Assembly: GCA_043228905.1 (NCBI GenBank)
Contig: JBHGNT010000012.1
Coordinates: forward strand, 19,778,001 to 19,842,000
Direction: 5' to 3'
DNA: 64,000 nucleotides
Source of the DNA: Azolla caroliniana
Lineage: Eukaryota > Plantae > Polypodiophyta
Of the stretch, positions 61,610-64,000 are shown piece after piece. The notes under the pieces are model-generated. The model was not told the origin of the DNA. It made no database searches and worked only from the letters and a program-made list of their open reading frames with translations. Within the stretch, counting starts at the first letter, position 1. Every line of letters begins with the position of its first letter. Made by a program: the position numbers and the translations under genes.

Positions 61610-63260
61610 TCGAGTATAAGTTCTGCGTTGAAGCCGTATTACATTGTGTATGGTAGTACATAAGGAGTCCGTTGTAGCCGTCTCCCTGATCTCCATAGTC
61701 TCCACGATACTTAAGTTGTTGTGATGTCATTTTCATGTTTTTCGCTAATGGCTCCAGATTGGCATCATTGTCATCTTGCTCACTATTTATCGTACATGAT
61801 AAAGGTATCATATCGCGTACCATTCTATTATGGTGATGAGCTTTAGCTACTACTTGACCTTCTAATAACCCATCTTCATGAATATAAGTATACCCACCAT
61901 TTGGAAGGATCTTAGAGTCTAAGTAGACAACCACCTGGCTCTACCCCATCACATCAAACATTGGCAAAAGTTGAATAGTTGCTACCTCAAGTCCCCTTAA
62001 TAGTTGCTACCTCAAGTCCCCAAAATTGTCACATTTAACATATTTTGCGAAATGTAATGTTTGTTGTCTAATAGCCAATCGAACATCCACTACCACCCAT
62101 GTTTGTTTATCATATCCACAAAAAGGAAAAGAAAATCCTACAAGAGATTGCATAGTCTTGAAAAGAACATGAGCACGTATTGATGCATCACCATTATCAA
62201 CCATGTCTCCCAAAAATTTCAAAAACTCAAACCCATATGTGGCATTCCATCGAGTGACTGCAAAATCACAAATATTTTCTACGTGAGAGTTTATCGGAAT
62301 TGTGCAAATGAAGTTCACATTTAACCCTCTCAAGCTAGACAATCGTTTTATAGATATGTGAAGTGGCTACGATATATTACTCAATCAAATGTTGTTTACT
62401 TGATACCGTTGTTGTTTTACTCTGAGTGGCCATAGCAAGATTATGAACTGATTCAGTCTCTTCTCCATTAGGAGTAGATTGTTCAGAAACATTACTAATT
62501 TGACATATTTGAACATCATTTTGAGACAGAGTGATAGTAAAAGTACCTGAGTAAGTAAATTTTCCATTGAGGGAACTAATATTCAAATTGTCTTGTTAGG
62601 TTTGTTTCTAATGCCTCCTCGCAAGGAGGAAGAACCGTGTCGATTCTTGCTGCGATTGATGGGAGTACAACCATGTATTCCTTAGGGATTCTCGGGAAAA
62701 CCACGGAAATCAGGGTCAAACAATGCCCCGAATTCAACATTTCAATGGGATCAAAGCCTGGTTTCCACGGCACAAAACAAGCAATTGCATTCCGAATATT
62801 GATCATATTTGCATTCAACATTATCGCAATGGATTCTGAGATAGCATCCGGTTGTAATGCCAGAAATTTTGTTGGGTACAATGAGAAAGCATTTGTGAAG
62901 GTTGTAGTAATGCCGGAAATGTTCTATATCCACAATCAACGTATAGTCGGCAGTATATTTGGGCCAGGTATGCCAAAAATTAGAAAATCTTTTGAATCTT
63001 GCAATATCCTATTGCTCACATCTTTCTCGTGTCCACTAGCCCTTGAAGTGTTGTCGCCACTTTGGGAAGAATCTTTCTATACACTTCCAAACATCTAAAC
63101 GTGGTTTTTCACTCCAAATAAACAAATCAAAGTATTGCACAACCCACTCTAGAAATTGATTCTCGTCCCTCGTTGGTGTCATATATCGCACACTCATCAA
63201 GACTTTATCAAGCTCCAAGATCAAGGTTCTTCATTCGTCTTCTAATGGTTTAGGTTTCCA
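61610..63260 (-). pseudogene. Degenerate ORF fragments resembling LINE ORF1 / DUF4283-type protein
   Basis: FVPWKPGFDP...VVFPRIPKEY..VLPSIAARI pattern; multiple frame breaks. Confidence 0.35.
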
Positions 63261-64000
63261 TTCCTACAACTGAGCCTCTGTTACACCAAGTATTGGTAGT
63301 ACATGATCAATTTCAATCAACTCAGGTTCTGTTCACACAATTGGTGTCCTTTTCCTCTTCAAACCCCTGGTCGACTGTGTCTTTGGGTCTCACTTCACCT
63401 TGTTTTGCTCTTGTGTAGTGATTGGGCCTGGCTTCACACTGTTTTGCTCTTGTATAGTCAACCGTGTCATCAGTCCTGGCATTACCTTTGTGCATGTGAA
63501 TACTTCTATAGTCGATATCAACCCACTGATATCACATGTTGCATCTACCTGCAAAATCAAATCATCTGTGCAACATTCTTTATCTACTTGTGTGATAAGT
63601 TCATTTGTGTTAGTTGTTACATCTACTTACAACACACAACAACGTCATCAGTTTCCACACTACCATTGGCCATAGGAGCAATAGATTCAAACCCTTTAGA
63701 CTCTGCAACATAAAAAAACACCAACATATTCATACTCACAAAGTAGCTAATAGTCTCACAAAACAACATAATGAACATGAAATATTCTGCAACAAAATAA
63801 TAATATTATATTAATATCCATCATAGAGTTCCATTACATAATGTGGATCAAGCAACAACCAATCTGAGGTGTTACTTGTCCAAATAGACCATAGACCATC
63901 TTCATAAGTTTCTAGGAAAATAGTAACAGTGATATTATCCCACTAATCAGAAATTGGTAGTAATTAGTTCCAATTCAAGAGCCCCTTGATCAAGTAACTA

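Overview
This is eukaryotic, land-plant-like DNA. The retroelement complement and gene style suggest a non-seed plant such as a fern or lycophyte, but that is an inference. Nested retrotransposons dominate the window. It holds one intact host gene, an 11-exon CER1/CER3-family wax/alkane biosynthesis gene (34774-39631, +, 626 aa). It also holds an intronless, fungal-style tyrosinase pseudogene (3999-6858) broken by two LTR insertions. Mobile DNA: (1) an intact, very young Ty3/gypsy chromovirus (14187-19974; LTRs that look identical, 5-bp TSD) and two older relatives; (2) several decayed and nested Ty1/copia elements; (3) a pol-less LTR element with a tRNA-Trp PBS; (4) three hAT-type MITEs with 8-bp TSDs; (5) LINE fragments. 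The most unusual signals are inside the LTRs. tRNA-like Pol III A-box/B-box modules at a constant 43-44 nt spacing recur in several different LTRs. The chromoviruses also carry heat-shock-element arrays, a self-priming PBS with a compensatory base change, and a GUUAAAC -1 frameshift site with a covarying stem/pseudoknot. All coordinates and alignments were read by eye; no searches were run.
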